Origin: Podarcis melisellensis | Lineage: Eukaryota | Reading direction: 5' to 3' (one strand) | Assembly (NCBI GenBank): GCA_964234715.1 | Contig: OZ174275.1 | Length of the DNA stretch: 64,000 bases | Shown here: positions 1 through 11,427 of the stretch, piece by piece | Numbering within the stretch: the first letter of the stretch is position 1 | Layout of the letters: each line of letters opens with the position of its first letter | Position numbers and translations under genes: made by a program | Notes under the pieces: generated by a model | What the model was told of the DNA's origin: nothing | Database searches by the model: none | What the model saw: the letters and a program-made list of their open reading frames with translations, nothing else

Positions 1-109
1 AGGGAGCAGAAGAGCCCAGGATTTCTGAAACAGGAGCCCGAGACTTGGCAGAATTGGGTTTCCCCATAGGCAGTGTCCCACTTAATGACTCCTTGTTACT
101 ATGACATTA

Positions 110-318
110 CAGTGGTACCTCGGGTTACAGACGCTTCAGGTTACAGACTCCGCTAACCCAGAAATAGTACCTCGGGTTAAGAACTTTACTTCAGGATGAG
201 AACAGAAATTGTGCTCCGGTGGTACAGCAGCAGCGGGAGGCCCCATTAGCTAAAGTGGTACCTCAGGTTAAGTACAGACCTCCAGAACGAATAAAGTTCT
301 TAACCCGAGGTACCACTG
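110..318 (+). mobile_element. Tc1/mariner-superfamily MITE, family A copy 1
   Basis: TIRs CAGTGGTACCTCGGGTTA...TAACCCGAGGTACCACTG flanked by TA on both sides; internal sequence shared with six other copies in the window. Confidence 0.9.
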
Positions 319-1318
319 TATTGACCCACAGACTTTAGATAGAGGGAAGTTCCAGTGAAGCCATCATAAAAGCCAGGGACCCTTTGGGAAAGGCCAGTAT
401 TTGCACACAGATGGATTGAAAGGACTAACTAAACTCCTTTGATGATACTCCCTGCCTTTTAGCTTACTTTTGTCATTTTTTTAAAAAGGGTATCACTCAG
501 CAAATGTCTAAACATGTAGGTATAGAAAAGGGATTGTGACAGAGGGCATGGGAAACAGTCAGGTAGGCACATGGGGTGTGTGCATGCGCATACTAGTAAA
601 ACAGGTGTGAGGCAACCTATGGCCCTCCAAATATTGCTGAACTACAACTCCCATCACAGCTGGCTATTGGCCATGCCTGCAGGGGCTGATGGGAATTGTC
701 ATTCAGTAACATCTGGAGGGCCAAAGGTTCCCCCACAGTGGCTATTTAATTATTTTATTGGTTTATTTAATCCACTCTTCTCTAATGCTCTTGCAGTTTA
801 TCCCTTATGATAGACAACCGGCACAAGTTCCACTGGCTGAGCCCAAGATCTGCCAAATTAAAACTCCCTCATCCCAGCAGATATTGGTTTTTGGATTGAG
901 CTCTAAGTCTTGAGGGATACTTAAAACACAAGTCTCACACAACCTAAGAGCAGCCAAGTCCCAGGATGAGAGATATCTGGTTGCCACTTCTGTAGCCGCA
1001 ACTTTTTTCTTGTCACTTCCTATGCCATGGGTCTATGGTGAGGATTAAAAGGCACAGGGCTTGCAAATTTCTGCTGTGCCTTTGAACATACTCATGAGCT
1101 GATCAGCAGCGCCTTCAAATTCTGCTTTTGACAGAGAGCCACATCTTTACCCGTCCACAGATGTAGTGTGGTGGGTATTGCTTGGGAAGTTGGACAAAAT
1201 GGCCTGGTGAACCAGAGATTCCCCATTGCTGCCCAACAGTAATGCTGAAAGAACCCAGCACTCAAACTGCCTGATGCAAAAAGAGGTGTGGAACCCAGCC
1301 TTGAGCAAACAGTGGATT

Positions 1319-1592
1319 CAGGGCCATCTTACCCTTAGGCACTAGGGGTGCAGGGCACCCGGGCGCCGGGCTCTCAGGGGCACCAGGCCAAGAGCCTGTC
1401 GGTCGGAGCACTGCAGCAGGTTGTTCTGCTGAGGGTGGCTCTGCGCCACGAGTTCAGGGGCAACCAAGCCAGTGAGACACTGAGGCAGCCAGCCGGCTCT
1501 GCCCTCCTGCGCGTCTGGGACTGGGCAGCCGGGGGGGGGGGCGCCGGGCAGATCTTTGCACCCCAGCACCGCATATGCATAAGACAGCCCTG
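1319..1592. mobile_element. Non-autonomous hAT-type DNA transposon, GC-rich
   Basis: Imperfect TIRs CAGGGCCATCTTA / TAAGACAGCCCTG; 8-bp target duplication AGTGGATT (1311-1318) / AGTGGAGT (1593-1600). Confidence 0.75.
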
Positions 1593-4236
1593 AGTGGAGT
1601 GGATTGCATCACACATGCATGCGATTCCTCTACACTTGTTTACCGAATACGTACTAGTTAATAACTGACATCCGAATGTGTGGACCCACTCTAATGTAAA
1701 ACATTACACTGGATCCAGCATTCTCAAGACCAAGACTCCTCTGAGGACACACCTGCTGGAAGAAAAGCATTGGGTGATTTTTGCTGGTTCCTCCTTCCCA
1801 TTGTACCTCCAATATATTTGCTGTGGAGGGTTGAGGGTTGGAGGAGACCTGGTGCAATGGGAATCAATGAACACTCTGCCTTCTCCTCTCCTTCCTCCAG
1901 CAGGAGCCTCCACTGGACCTCAGTCCCAAGAGATTGATAGGAGCCCTTCTGTTCACAGAAGAGTCACTCAGAAGCTAACACACTGCATTTGTAAAAGTTC
2001 TGCTCATGGTATTCAACTTGTGATATGGCCCATCCATGCATGCCCATCCCTTCATGCTGCAGAGAGATAAATGTGCATTGATGAATGCTTTAAAAGCTCG
2101 AGGGTGGGTTGGGTTCCTGCCAAAGGGGAGCACAAATATACTTGGGCCTGGCCAGGTCTCCTTCAGTACAACCCTTCCCCACGTTTTTGATGCAATTGCA
2201 TCACATGCTGGCAGGCACAAAGCTAGTTCTGCAATATTCTTTTCCAATATATGGGGGCTGTTTTATTCCTGTGCTTTCAGCCATGGCAGCAGAATGCTAG
2301 AATGCTCCTTTAAAAGAAATCAGAAACAAGGTTCCATAGTTAGAAATGTCCTTCGAGAAAAAGGAAATAAAAGGCTCAGAAAGCTATAAAATCAGCCAGC
2401 ATGGAAATTAATAAAAAGAGCAGCAATAGAAAGGGAAGCAATTTATATTGGACACATATTCCATTTCGCTGTCGCCCTCGTAGCAGTGGCACTCTCTCTG
2501 AATGCAAAATCAGAAGCAGTCAGATCCAAGAGATGGAAAAACCCTGCATCTGAAGAGGACGGGGGAATCCGCTTCGATTCTGCCAAATGCTAAGCCAGTA
2601 TTGCTTTCCATGCTCGTCCATCAGAGGGCAGTTATCGTAGCCTTCCACAAAGACATGCCACAAAAGAAACTTTTTCAAATTCACAGCACAGAGCCGGGTT
2701 ATCTCTGAATTCAATGGCTAGGCCTACAGCAGGTAAAAGAGAATAGAGGCAAAAGCCTATTCTTTTCAGATCCAGCAAGAGAATGGAAAAGAATAGATTC
2801 TACACACTTATTGGCAGGAGATGGGGAAGGAAGAGGGCCGGCTAGTGAGGATGGAAAGCTGTCTGACAACATCCCTTCACTAGCAAAGCTGCTCATATCC
2901 TACAAAATCAAAGGCTTTTCCTCAGAGGATATATCATTTCCAAAATCTATGGGTGCACTTTTATTGCTGGGATACATGGTGCAGTCGAGTTGCTTTAATA
3001 TTCCCCCCCCCTATTGTATGACACTCCAAAACCTCACCATCTGCAATTAACTAGCGGAGAAAAATTCATCAATCACAAGCAAAACAAAGGTCCTTATTAA
3101 AGTGTTCCTCTGACACCGACAATGGGAAACAAATTTGTCCACTAGTATCTTCTTCTACGGCAGTCAAGGGCTGATGGGAGTCATAGTCCAAAATTGGTGG
3201 AGGGCGCCAGGTTGGCACAGGTTGCTGTACAATGAGCTGCTGTGCTGAAGTCTGAGGCACCTCAGAATCTTCTGTGAGATGTGAGGGTTCTGCAGCAGCT
3301 ATTCAAAAGTTCCTTAACATGCAGATTTATGTGCAAAGGATCTCCTGGATCAGGACCTATGAAAACATTTGCCTTATAAATGAGAGGCTGCATTGCAGTA
3401 ACCACACCCACACTGCTTTGTGATACCATTACATCACACAGCAAAGAGTAAAAGATTATTGGCAGCCATAGGATGGAGCAATAAATATTTTGATCAGTGG
3501 GGTGAGGCTGATTCAGTGCAATCTCCAAGAAAAAATAACGTACTGCTTTTTCAATTTCAACAGTCCTTTTCTGACAGGAAAAACTGTGTGTTTGGGTTGT
3601 ACTTTAGACTGCCGGTAGAGCTCCCATGACAGAATGTTCCTCAGCACTGTAAATAAATAATAAATAAAACTCCTGCATGCTGAAAACTAGTCTGTCAGGG
3701 TAAACGCCAGGCTAGACTCCTCCTCTCTAACATCTAGTTTTCTGTATGCAGGAAACACTCAGCACTCCTCCAGACTACCTGTCTATTGAGCGTTCATCCC
3801 AATTTGATGGTATGAAGCTTGCACAGCATTTATAATATGCTCTGTCCTCATCTGAGTGCTCAATTTGAGCGGGGAGATTATGCAACAATGAGCATTCATC
3901 ATCATTTTGATTTGTTGTGTGGTAGTTACGCATCTTCCCATTAATCTTCATTCATCACACAGTTTTACTTTCCAAACTGCAAAAAACCTTGTGTTGTTTT
4001 AATATGGATTTGTTGCACCAGGATGACAGAGCACTTTAATCCCCATTAATTGCGCAAATCTAAATTTCTAGCTTGTTTTTCAATCTCTCCTGCAAAATAT
4101 AGTGACAGTTAACTGCAGGCGATCTCAGTCATGGGAGCTCCTGCCTACAGGGGTACAACCAAGAACTAAGCTTCCCTCTTGGCACTTGTGAGCACTTACA
4201 ATAACATTTCTGAAGGTTTATAACTCTGCGCCTAGT

Positions 4237-4325
4237 TCATAGAATCATAGAATCATAGAGTTGGAAGAGACCACAAGGGCCATCGAGTCCAACCCCCTGC
4301 CAAGCAGGAAACACCATCAGAGCAC
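4237..4325 (-). mobile_element. CR1 LINE 3' end fragment
   Basis: (TCATAGAA)n is the reverse complement of the CR1 ATTCTATG tail; followed by the typical GAGTTGGAAGAGACC...GTCCAACCCCCTGC segment. Confidence 0.85.
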
Positions 4326-5290
4326 GTTGTACGAAAAGGTGGAAAACTAGTAGGAAAAAATAGAAAGTAGACTTGCTCCTTTTTGCAGTGTCAGAAGCAG
4401 TTCTAAACACAGGATCCCTTTGCTCCAAAACAACAACTGCCTTCTGCTGCAATCAAACTGTAATTTTTGCCTGAATGGTGATGAATGGCATTGTTCAGAA
4501 TGAGCAAAGGCAATGAACTAAACGAGTAATAGGAATTGCAAGAGTCCCTTTGCTCTGCGGCTCTCCTATTATTTTATTTAGCTTCATGATTTAATTAAAA
4601 ACTCCATGACTCCACTGCTGGGTAAGGCGAGAATTGCTCATGTGAGCCAGAACGCAGAAGGCTTGTGATCTTTCTTACTTGGAAACTTAAGCATAATGAG
4701 CTACTTACTTATGTAGGGAACCTTAAGATAGATGGCCTAAATCTGCTTTCAGAGTTGACCACAAAGCTAACCAATGTTAAATTGCCCTTCAGTTTTCCAG
4801 AGATATCACTGTTTGCGGTTACATATTCAGACACCCTTTTAATTCAGCAATAAGATTGTGGGAGCTGGCTGCCGACGTTATCTACCATTGTATAGACTGT
4901 CTGGCTCCTAAAAAAAATCTCCCTGAACCATCAGAGCGAAAAGCTCAAAAATGTTTGGAAAGGTCTCCACTGCAGTTGTTGGTTTCAGTCCACAAACAGT
5001 ATGTAATGCTACGTAATTTATGACTTTCCTCCCCCCAATTTACACTGGGTTTCTTTTGAATTGAAATGAATGATGAGGAATAGCGTAATTAATTATGTAA
5101 CATTTCACCATAATGGACAGCAAGATAAATAATGTAGTTTTTGTCGGAAGATGAACTGCAGTGGAACAGAAACAATGCTGCGTGTTACGAGAATACAGGG
5201 TGGGATGGAATCTGATGCCTTCTTACATCACTGGTCAGGATTGGGTAATAGCTGCCAGATGGGCAACCTGGACATACTTTTTACCTTTAC

Positions 5291-5558
5291 CTGATACAAT
5301 GGGAGATGCAGCTGGTGAGGTGAGGGGGGGAGTAGTACTTGGCCACAGGGATTTGGGGAAGCAGCATGTTCTTACAGGTGGGGGCTGAGATGCAGCAATA
5401 GCAACAGAGAGAGGCTGGCTCTGAGCTGAATAGGTGCCCACCCAGTAACAGCACAGCAAGATACAGATGTCAGGTATAGGATGTTGCTGGTGCAGCACCT
5501 TCCACTTCTGATTGCAGCTGACCAGCCACTCCCTTACTCCACTGCCACTTATCAACAT
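5291..5558 (-). CDS. Putative first coding segment MLISGSGVREWLVSCNQKWKVLHQQHPIPDICILLCCYWVGTYSAQSQP...SPIVS(G), product unknown
   Basis: ATG at 5558 with purine at -3 and an in-frame upstream TAG; 268 nt = 89 codons + 1, ending at a phase-1 GT donor; contains a hydrophobic stretch then a P/S/T-rich segment; no homology recognised. Confidence 0.35.
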
Positions 5559-5878
5559 CTCCTACGTCCTTAATGTAGGAACCAATGTAGTTATTGGTGT
5601 GGTGGAACAAAGCTGCCTTTTCAGTACCAGCATCACTACAGTACACCTGGACCTTCTTCTTTGGCGATCACTTGTAGCCGATTAAGACTGTCTTCCATAA
5701 TCCCGGTTTTTACACCTGGGTGGAACCAGAGTGGAAAACCCTGCCCAACCCCATCCCTGTCCAGATACACCATAGTGGTGCCTGTGTCAGGAAGGAGGCT
5801 CTGTCCCACCACACTGACGGCTACTGTGTGGGTCTCCTTCCTGCTTGGCCTCTGCTCAGTGGCTGTTGCAGAGTACCA
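5291..5878 (-). other. Candidate exon 2 of an unidentified minus-strand gene (5' UTR with uORFs plus start codon)
   Basis: Acceptor tgtttgcttttcctacag| (exon starts 5878) and donor ATCAG|gtaaag (exon ends 5291); no recognisable repeat; GC-richer than flanks. Confidence 0.45.
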
Positions 5879-6507
5879 CTGTAGGAAAAGCAAACATCTC
5901 AGGATTGCGGTGTCCTTCATAGATCCTTGTTCCCCTCTACAGTTGGCAAACACAAAATTGGCAAGTACCCTGATGAATATTAACTGGCACAATTTGTCAG
6001 AGAATTCAGCATTCCCTAGTGCAAAATACTAGACTGTGGTTTTGTTTTAAAGCACAGCTCTGTGCATAGATACCACAGGCAAATAACTGAGCAGATGAAC
6101 CCTGTGTATGAAGCAGCTCCTAACTTAACCTTTATACATCAGAGAGAGATTTTACCTTGTTTGTAAATACCATCCGGCTGTCACCACTACGTGTAGTTAC
6201 GAGAACTTAATGATCACTTAAGGAAGGCAAGGGGAAAATGGGTTGCATGACCTTTGTCATCCCATATCCTGTAGGTCAGCATTATTTAAGGCAACTGGGA
6301 CAACGAGGAACTGAACATTAGGCCTGCCAGATGAACAGATGGATGGATGAAAGCCAGCGCAATCCATCTTCCAGCTTTCCCCTCCACAGAGCAGAGTGAC
6401 ATTCAAGCCCATCTATTTCCTCACATACGTGGGGAAAGCACGTGGAATTTCACAGCAGCTCTTTGGCTGATGTGGAGGCTGACTACAATATGCTTTATGG
6501 CATAATA

Positions 6508-6732
6508 CAGTGGTACCTCTGGTTACGAACTTAATTTGCTCCGAGGTCTGTTCTTAACCTGAGGTACCACTTTAGCTAATGGGGCCCCCCGCTGTCGTTG
6601 CACCGCTGCCGCGCGATTTCTGTTCTCATCCTTAGTTAAACTTATTAGCCTGAGGTACTACTTCCGGTGTTAGCGGAGTCTGTAATCCAAAGTGTTTGTA
6701 ACCCAAGGTGTTTGTAAACCGAGGTACCACTG
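6508..6732 (-). mobile_element. Tc1/mariner MITE family A copy 2
   Basis: TA-CAGTGGTACCTC...GAGGTACCACTG-TA; internal sequence is the reverse complement of copy 1. Confidence 0.9.
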
Positions 6733-8343
6733 TACAAGCAACTGTGCGAAAGAGGAAGCACAATTTAAGGAGGCAAGCAATATAATGACCACTAGGGCTT
6801 TTCTTGGCAAGCAATATGAAAATTGGGCACAATCCATTTGCTTTTATCTTGAAATATTTCAAATGAGTTGACCTTTAAATCATAATGTTGGGATCAAATG
6901 ATGCATTATATGTATCTGTGTATCTTTTTCTTTCTGTTTTAACTGAAAGAGTTACAAAGTCCTTCTCTTCCTGCCCCTAAACTCCCATTCTGAGATTTAC
7001 TGGCATGAAGACTACATTCAATTTTTTTAAAAAAGAAAAACATAGTTAAATAATGGATACACATGGCCGCATGTAATACATCATTTGGCCTTTAGAAGTT
7101 GCTACCAAATAAGATGCCTAATTGCTTCTTGGCATCAAATATGTTTGGAACAAATATCTTGGAAGGAAAATATGTTCCAACTGGGGTTGCACAGGTCTAG
7201 GCAGGTTCCCATAGCTCTTGAGTTTGGGTCAGGTATGTAGAAGGAGAGACTTAACTGACCCTAAGATGGTACAGCAAAAAGGGCAAAGATGGTATGACAC
7301 CTGGTGAGATTAGACTGGCATAGGCTCATCTCACACATAACACAGGTACAGACAGCCATCCCTCGCCACGCATAAGCTGATTATAAACTCACCACAGGAC
7401 AATTAAAACCTTGTGGGGGGATGTCTGTGGCGTCCAGCCACGGAATAAGGTATGCTCTCTCACGAAAAGGATGCCCAGCATCCTAAGCACAAGGACATCA
7501 TGAGAGTAGGTAAAAGTGGAAGCTGGGTTGAAGGGCATCACTCCCAGTCATGTTAACTTTATATATCACAGTTGTTGCTGGACTACAGGTCCCTCCAGGA
7601 ATGTTGTCCCGACCCACTGGCTGAAGCTGATCTGAGCCCATCGGCATCTAGAGGGCTGCAAGTTGCCCATCCCTGTATTTTCTTAAAATCCCCATTTAAT
7701 CTCCAAACCTCTTTCCTTTCAGCACAGTCCTTGTCATTTCAAATCTCTATGAAAGTCTATGATTTTTTTTTAAGAAAATGAGCCAGCTCTTACACATTCA
7801 GCTCTCACTCATACCTCCATACAGATGACAAAGATCTAATAAAACAGGCAAGCCTTTTCTAATTAAAGGTTCAGCCATATGAGCCAGCATCTCCTTTCAC
7901 CCAACCTCCTCCTCCTCCTGCATTTCCTTTATAAAGATCTACTGATATCACTGATTGCTGAAGACATGACTATATTTCACACTGCGTGGTAGTCTTCTTC
8001 CATGGGCTGCTCCCAGAGGCCAGACTATAAAAACTCCCCTAATGGCAAAGCCCCTTCTGCAAGGTCTGTCTTTGAGAAATTCATCCAAAAAGATCCCCAT
8101 TGTCAGGTCTGCAGGTGAGCTGCTCCACTTTGACTCTCCCTGATGACATATTTCCATTGGAATGGAAGCCAGAAACACACCACTGGTAGGTTAAATATTG
8201 TTGCACATCACCCCAATATCTGAGTGGTGCAAGATCCCAAGGGTTCCAGGTTTGTGGAACAAACCCAGGGTTTGTGTTTCTTTTAAGAATAAGGCACAGA
8301 GGAGACTGTGGTGTCTTTAGGACATATGGTTTATTTACACATA

Positions 8344-8584
8344 CAGTGGTACCTCGGGTTACATATGCTTCAGGTTACATACACTTCAGGTTACAGACTC
8401 TGCTAACCCAGAAATAGTACCTCAGGTTAAGAACTTTGCTTCAGGATGAGAACAGAAATCGGGCTCTGGCGGCCAGCAGCAGCAGGAGGCCCCATTAGCT
8501 AAAGTGGTGCTTCAGGTTAAGAATAGTTTCAGGTTAAGAACGGACCTCCGGAACAAATTAAGTACTTAACCCGAGGTACCACTG
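8344..8584 (+). mobile_element. Tc1/mariner MITE family A copy 3
   Basis: Complete TIRs, TA duplication, same internal sequence. Confidence 0.9.
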
Positions 8585-9104
8585 TATAGGCAGTCTGAGC
8601 CTACGATGGAGGGTTGCACACCCCCAAAGGGTCTTGTTTCTCCCATAACCACAGCCTTGGATTTAAAGAGAAATGAACCACTGCTGCCTCTTTTGCTTTC
8701 CAGCTTGCTGCTTTGCTTCTGGCCCATATCACTACAAACTCAACTCTAAACGCAGGCTTTGTCCTTCCAACTATCTGTGAGTTAAGGGTGGGCTCCCACC
8801 CATTTGTCGTCTCGCACAGAGCCCCCTTTCCTTTGTTCTCTTACTGGCCCATCACCCAGGCTATCACCTCATCAGGAAGCTAGCCTGGCTTATACTTTAA
8901 CACTTGGTGGGTCCAGGGTTAGAAGGGTCTCAACTTCCCACCCCAAACTCCTAACAGTGTTCAGGAGGAAATCACTGATTGGTACTGAAGGCTCACACTC
9001 AATGTGGCTACTTGTCTAAATGTTTTGTGCCAAATACTTAAATTCTCTCAAGCCCACAGCATTCCCCCTGCCTGCCAAGACTTAAGCACAGATTTCTGCA
9101 CTTT

Positions 9105-9312
9105 TTCTTTATTTTATTTAACAAGATTTATATACCGCTTGATTGTAAGAAAGCCTCTTAAGTGGTCTACAATAAATATCATCAATAAAACAGTTAAAAA
9201 CATTAAAAACAATTAAAATGATCAGCAAAAAAGATTTAAAAACACCAACATATTAAGTGTCTGGATAGGCTAGCCTAAACAAAGATGTTTTTAAGTAGGC
9301 ACCGAAAAGAGT
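9105..9312 (-). mobile_element. LINE (L2-like) 3' end remnant
   Basis: TTTATTT...ATTTATATACCGC start and AACAAAGATGTTTTTAAG motif resemble squamate L2-type 3' ends read antisense. Confidence 0.5.
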
Positions 9313-9881
9313 GCTGTACTCTTTCTGCTTCTTATAGTCATCATGCTGCAGCTGTGACTGTAAGAACTTAAAAGCTTGCTGGATTAAGTCAGGGGTCCAT
9401 CTATCCCCTGCCGTGGTCACAATCAGAACCAGACCACACATACTTGCTACTCACAATGGGAGGAAAGTGGCAGTAAGAGCTTCTCCTCCTGGGGAATGGA
9501 AGGGCTACGGGATGGGATTCCAACTGGGTCCATGGAAGGTAGAATAGCTTAAATCCTGACCCTGAGTAGGTCCTTTTCTAGCTCACCCTCATGCCTCCCA
9601 TGCTAGTTATTTCTGTTTTGCTTTTATAAAGAACCACGCACACCAGGGCTAACCATCTGATTTAGTATCATGTCTAGTTGGACCCAATTTAGCTCAGTCT
9701 TCCGACATGCAATGTGATGGTTTGAAATCACGATTCGAAAGGAGAAACAAGAAAACAGTGTGAGCTGCCGAGATCCGCTCCCTGCTTAATCCCGCTCCAG
9801 CTGAAACAGAGCTTAATGCTTCCCTCCTGTACACATCAGCCAAGGGATTAAGTCCAGCGGAACACAGGCTACAGAAACACT

Positions 9882-10022
9882 ATACCTTCAAAGCTCATTC
9901 TAAGAACAATCGGCTCCCGCTCAAAGAATTCTGGGCACTGTAATTTGCTGCAGGTTGCAATTGTGAGACATAAACTACCCAGTGCCCAGAATTCTTTGAG
10001 GGGGGAGCGCTTTGGGGGTATA
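9882..10022. mobile_element. Palindromic MITE-like element
   Basis: Perfect 21-bp inverted repeat CTCAAAGAATTCTGGGCACTG (9920-9940) / CAGTGCCCAGAATTCTTTGAG (9980-10000), with weaker outer symmetry TATACC...GGTATA. Confidence 0.65.
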
Positions 10023-10263
10023 GTATGCACAAGGCAACAATGGCACTTACTACAAGTAAGCTTGCAAAAGATTGCCACCACATGCAGGTGTAACTGCATT
10101 TGCCAAGACTCATCTCTTGTTACCTTGCCTCTCCTTTCCCACCCACTCCTCGGCTGCCCCCCTGCCAAAATGCAGAATGTAACCTACTCAAGGCAGGGAC
10201 CTGTCTTTTCTTTGGTTGTGAAACTCTGTGAAGAACTATGTGCACAGATGGCATATGGTGGAT

Positions 10264-10620
10264 AAAGGTAAAGGTAAAGGGACTCTTGATCATTAGGTCC
10301 ATTCATGACCGACTCTGGGGTCGTGGCGCTCATCTTGCTTTATTGGCCGAGGGAGCCGGCGTACAGCTTCCGGGTCATGTGGCCAGCATGACTAAGCCGC
10401 TTCTGGTGAAACCAGAGCAGCGCACAGAAACACCGTTTACCTTTCCGCCGGAGTGGTACCGATTTATCTACTTGCACTTTGACATGCTTTCGAACTGCTA
10501 GGTTGGCAGGAGCAGGGACTGAGCAATGGGAGCTCACCTCGTCGCGGGATTCAAATCGCCGACCTTCTGATCGGCAAGTCCTAGGCTCTGTGGTTTAACC
10601 CACAGCGCCATCCGTGTCCC
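10264..10620 (-). mobile_element. Sauria SINE, full length
   Basis: (AAAGGT)n is the antisense ACCTTT tail; conserved core CTTCCGGGTCATGTGGCCAGCATGAC; tRNA-like head at the 10540-10620 end. Confidence 0.9.
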
Positions 10621-11188
10621 ATACAGTGGTAATGGACAGATAAATAAATAAATAGCTTCAACATCAATTCACAGCTCACATGGTGTATGTAAAGCATGGA
10701 TAAAGAGCTGCTATATCAACACAAACAGCCTGCTCCTATGCAGGAATTTTGAGCAGCAAATCCCATTGACCTAAACAGGATTTAGGGTTCATTCATACTT
10801 CCGTTCATCCCAATACCCCCCTCCCATTTGTCCCGTGAATTCTAGGCACAGGTCTGAGAGGTTATTCTTTTCTCCCACTGCTTTCCCTGTGAAAATCCGC
10901 TGTTTACTGCTGAGTTGGAACAAACAACAATCCTCAGAAAACCCAACTGACGTTTGTTCCAATGCAGCAGTAAATATGGGTCCATGAGCCCTCACTTCCT
11001 GGTAAGCATACTTAGTTTTGCAGCCTTGGGATGCCAACAATTACAATGCAACCCAATGCATGTATTTACTCAGAAGTAAACCCCATTTCTTCCTTGGAAT
11101 GTGTGTTTAGGATTGCAACCTTAGGCTTCTTAACTCCCCTTGGTTTCAACTGACTGTGGGCTCATCCAAACTTTCTCTTGGCCCACAT

Positions 11189-11427
11189 TTTGATCTTACT
11201 GTGTACCAATTAATTTCCCTAGGCCTGAGAGCTTTTCTTCTTCGTCAAAAATCTGAACTTACCCACTAAAAAGAAGCTCAGTTAAGCAAAGTCTCTCTTC
11301 AGATTTCCCACACATCTGGTAAGATCCAGTTCAGCAGGTAAAATCAGATTTTCTCAAGTTACAGACGCAGAACAATGAGAAAAGCTGTTTGGCTCAGAGG
11401 AATTAATCAGTACACAATATGATCAAT
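11189..11427. repeat. Degenerate long palindrome, probably an old MITE
   Basis: Arms TTGATCTTACTGTGTACCAATTAATTTCC...AGCTTTTCT and AGAAAAGCT...GGAATTAATCAGTACACAATATGATCAA. Confidence 0.55.

Noticed and set aside
5291-5558. Naming the left gene GOLGB1 or SEMA5B from synteny
   Set aside because: The peptide matches neither N-terminus as I recall them, so no symbol is assigned
5661-6032. 123-aa plus-strand ORF with a hydrophobic stretch
   Set aside because: TTG start; splice signals and true ATGs favour the minus strand
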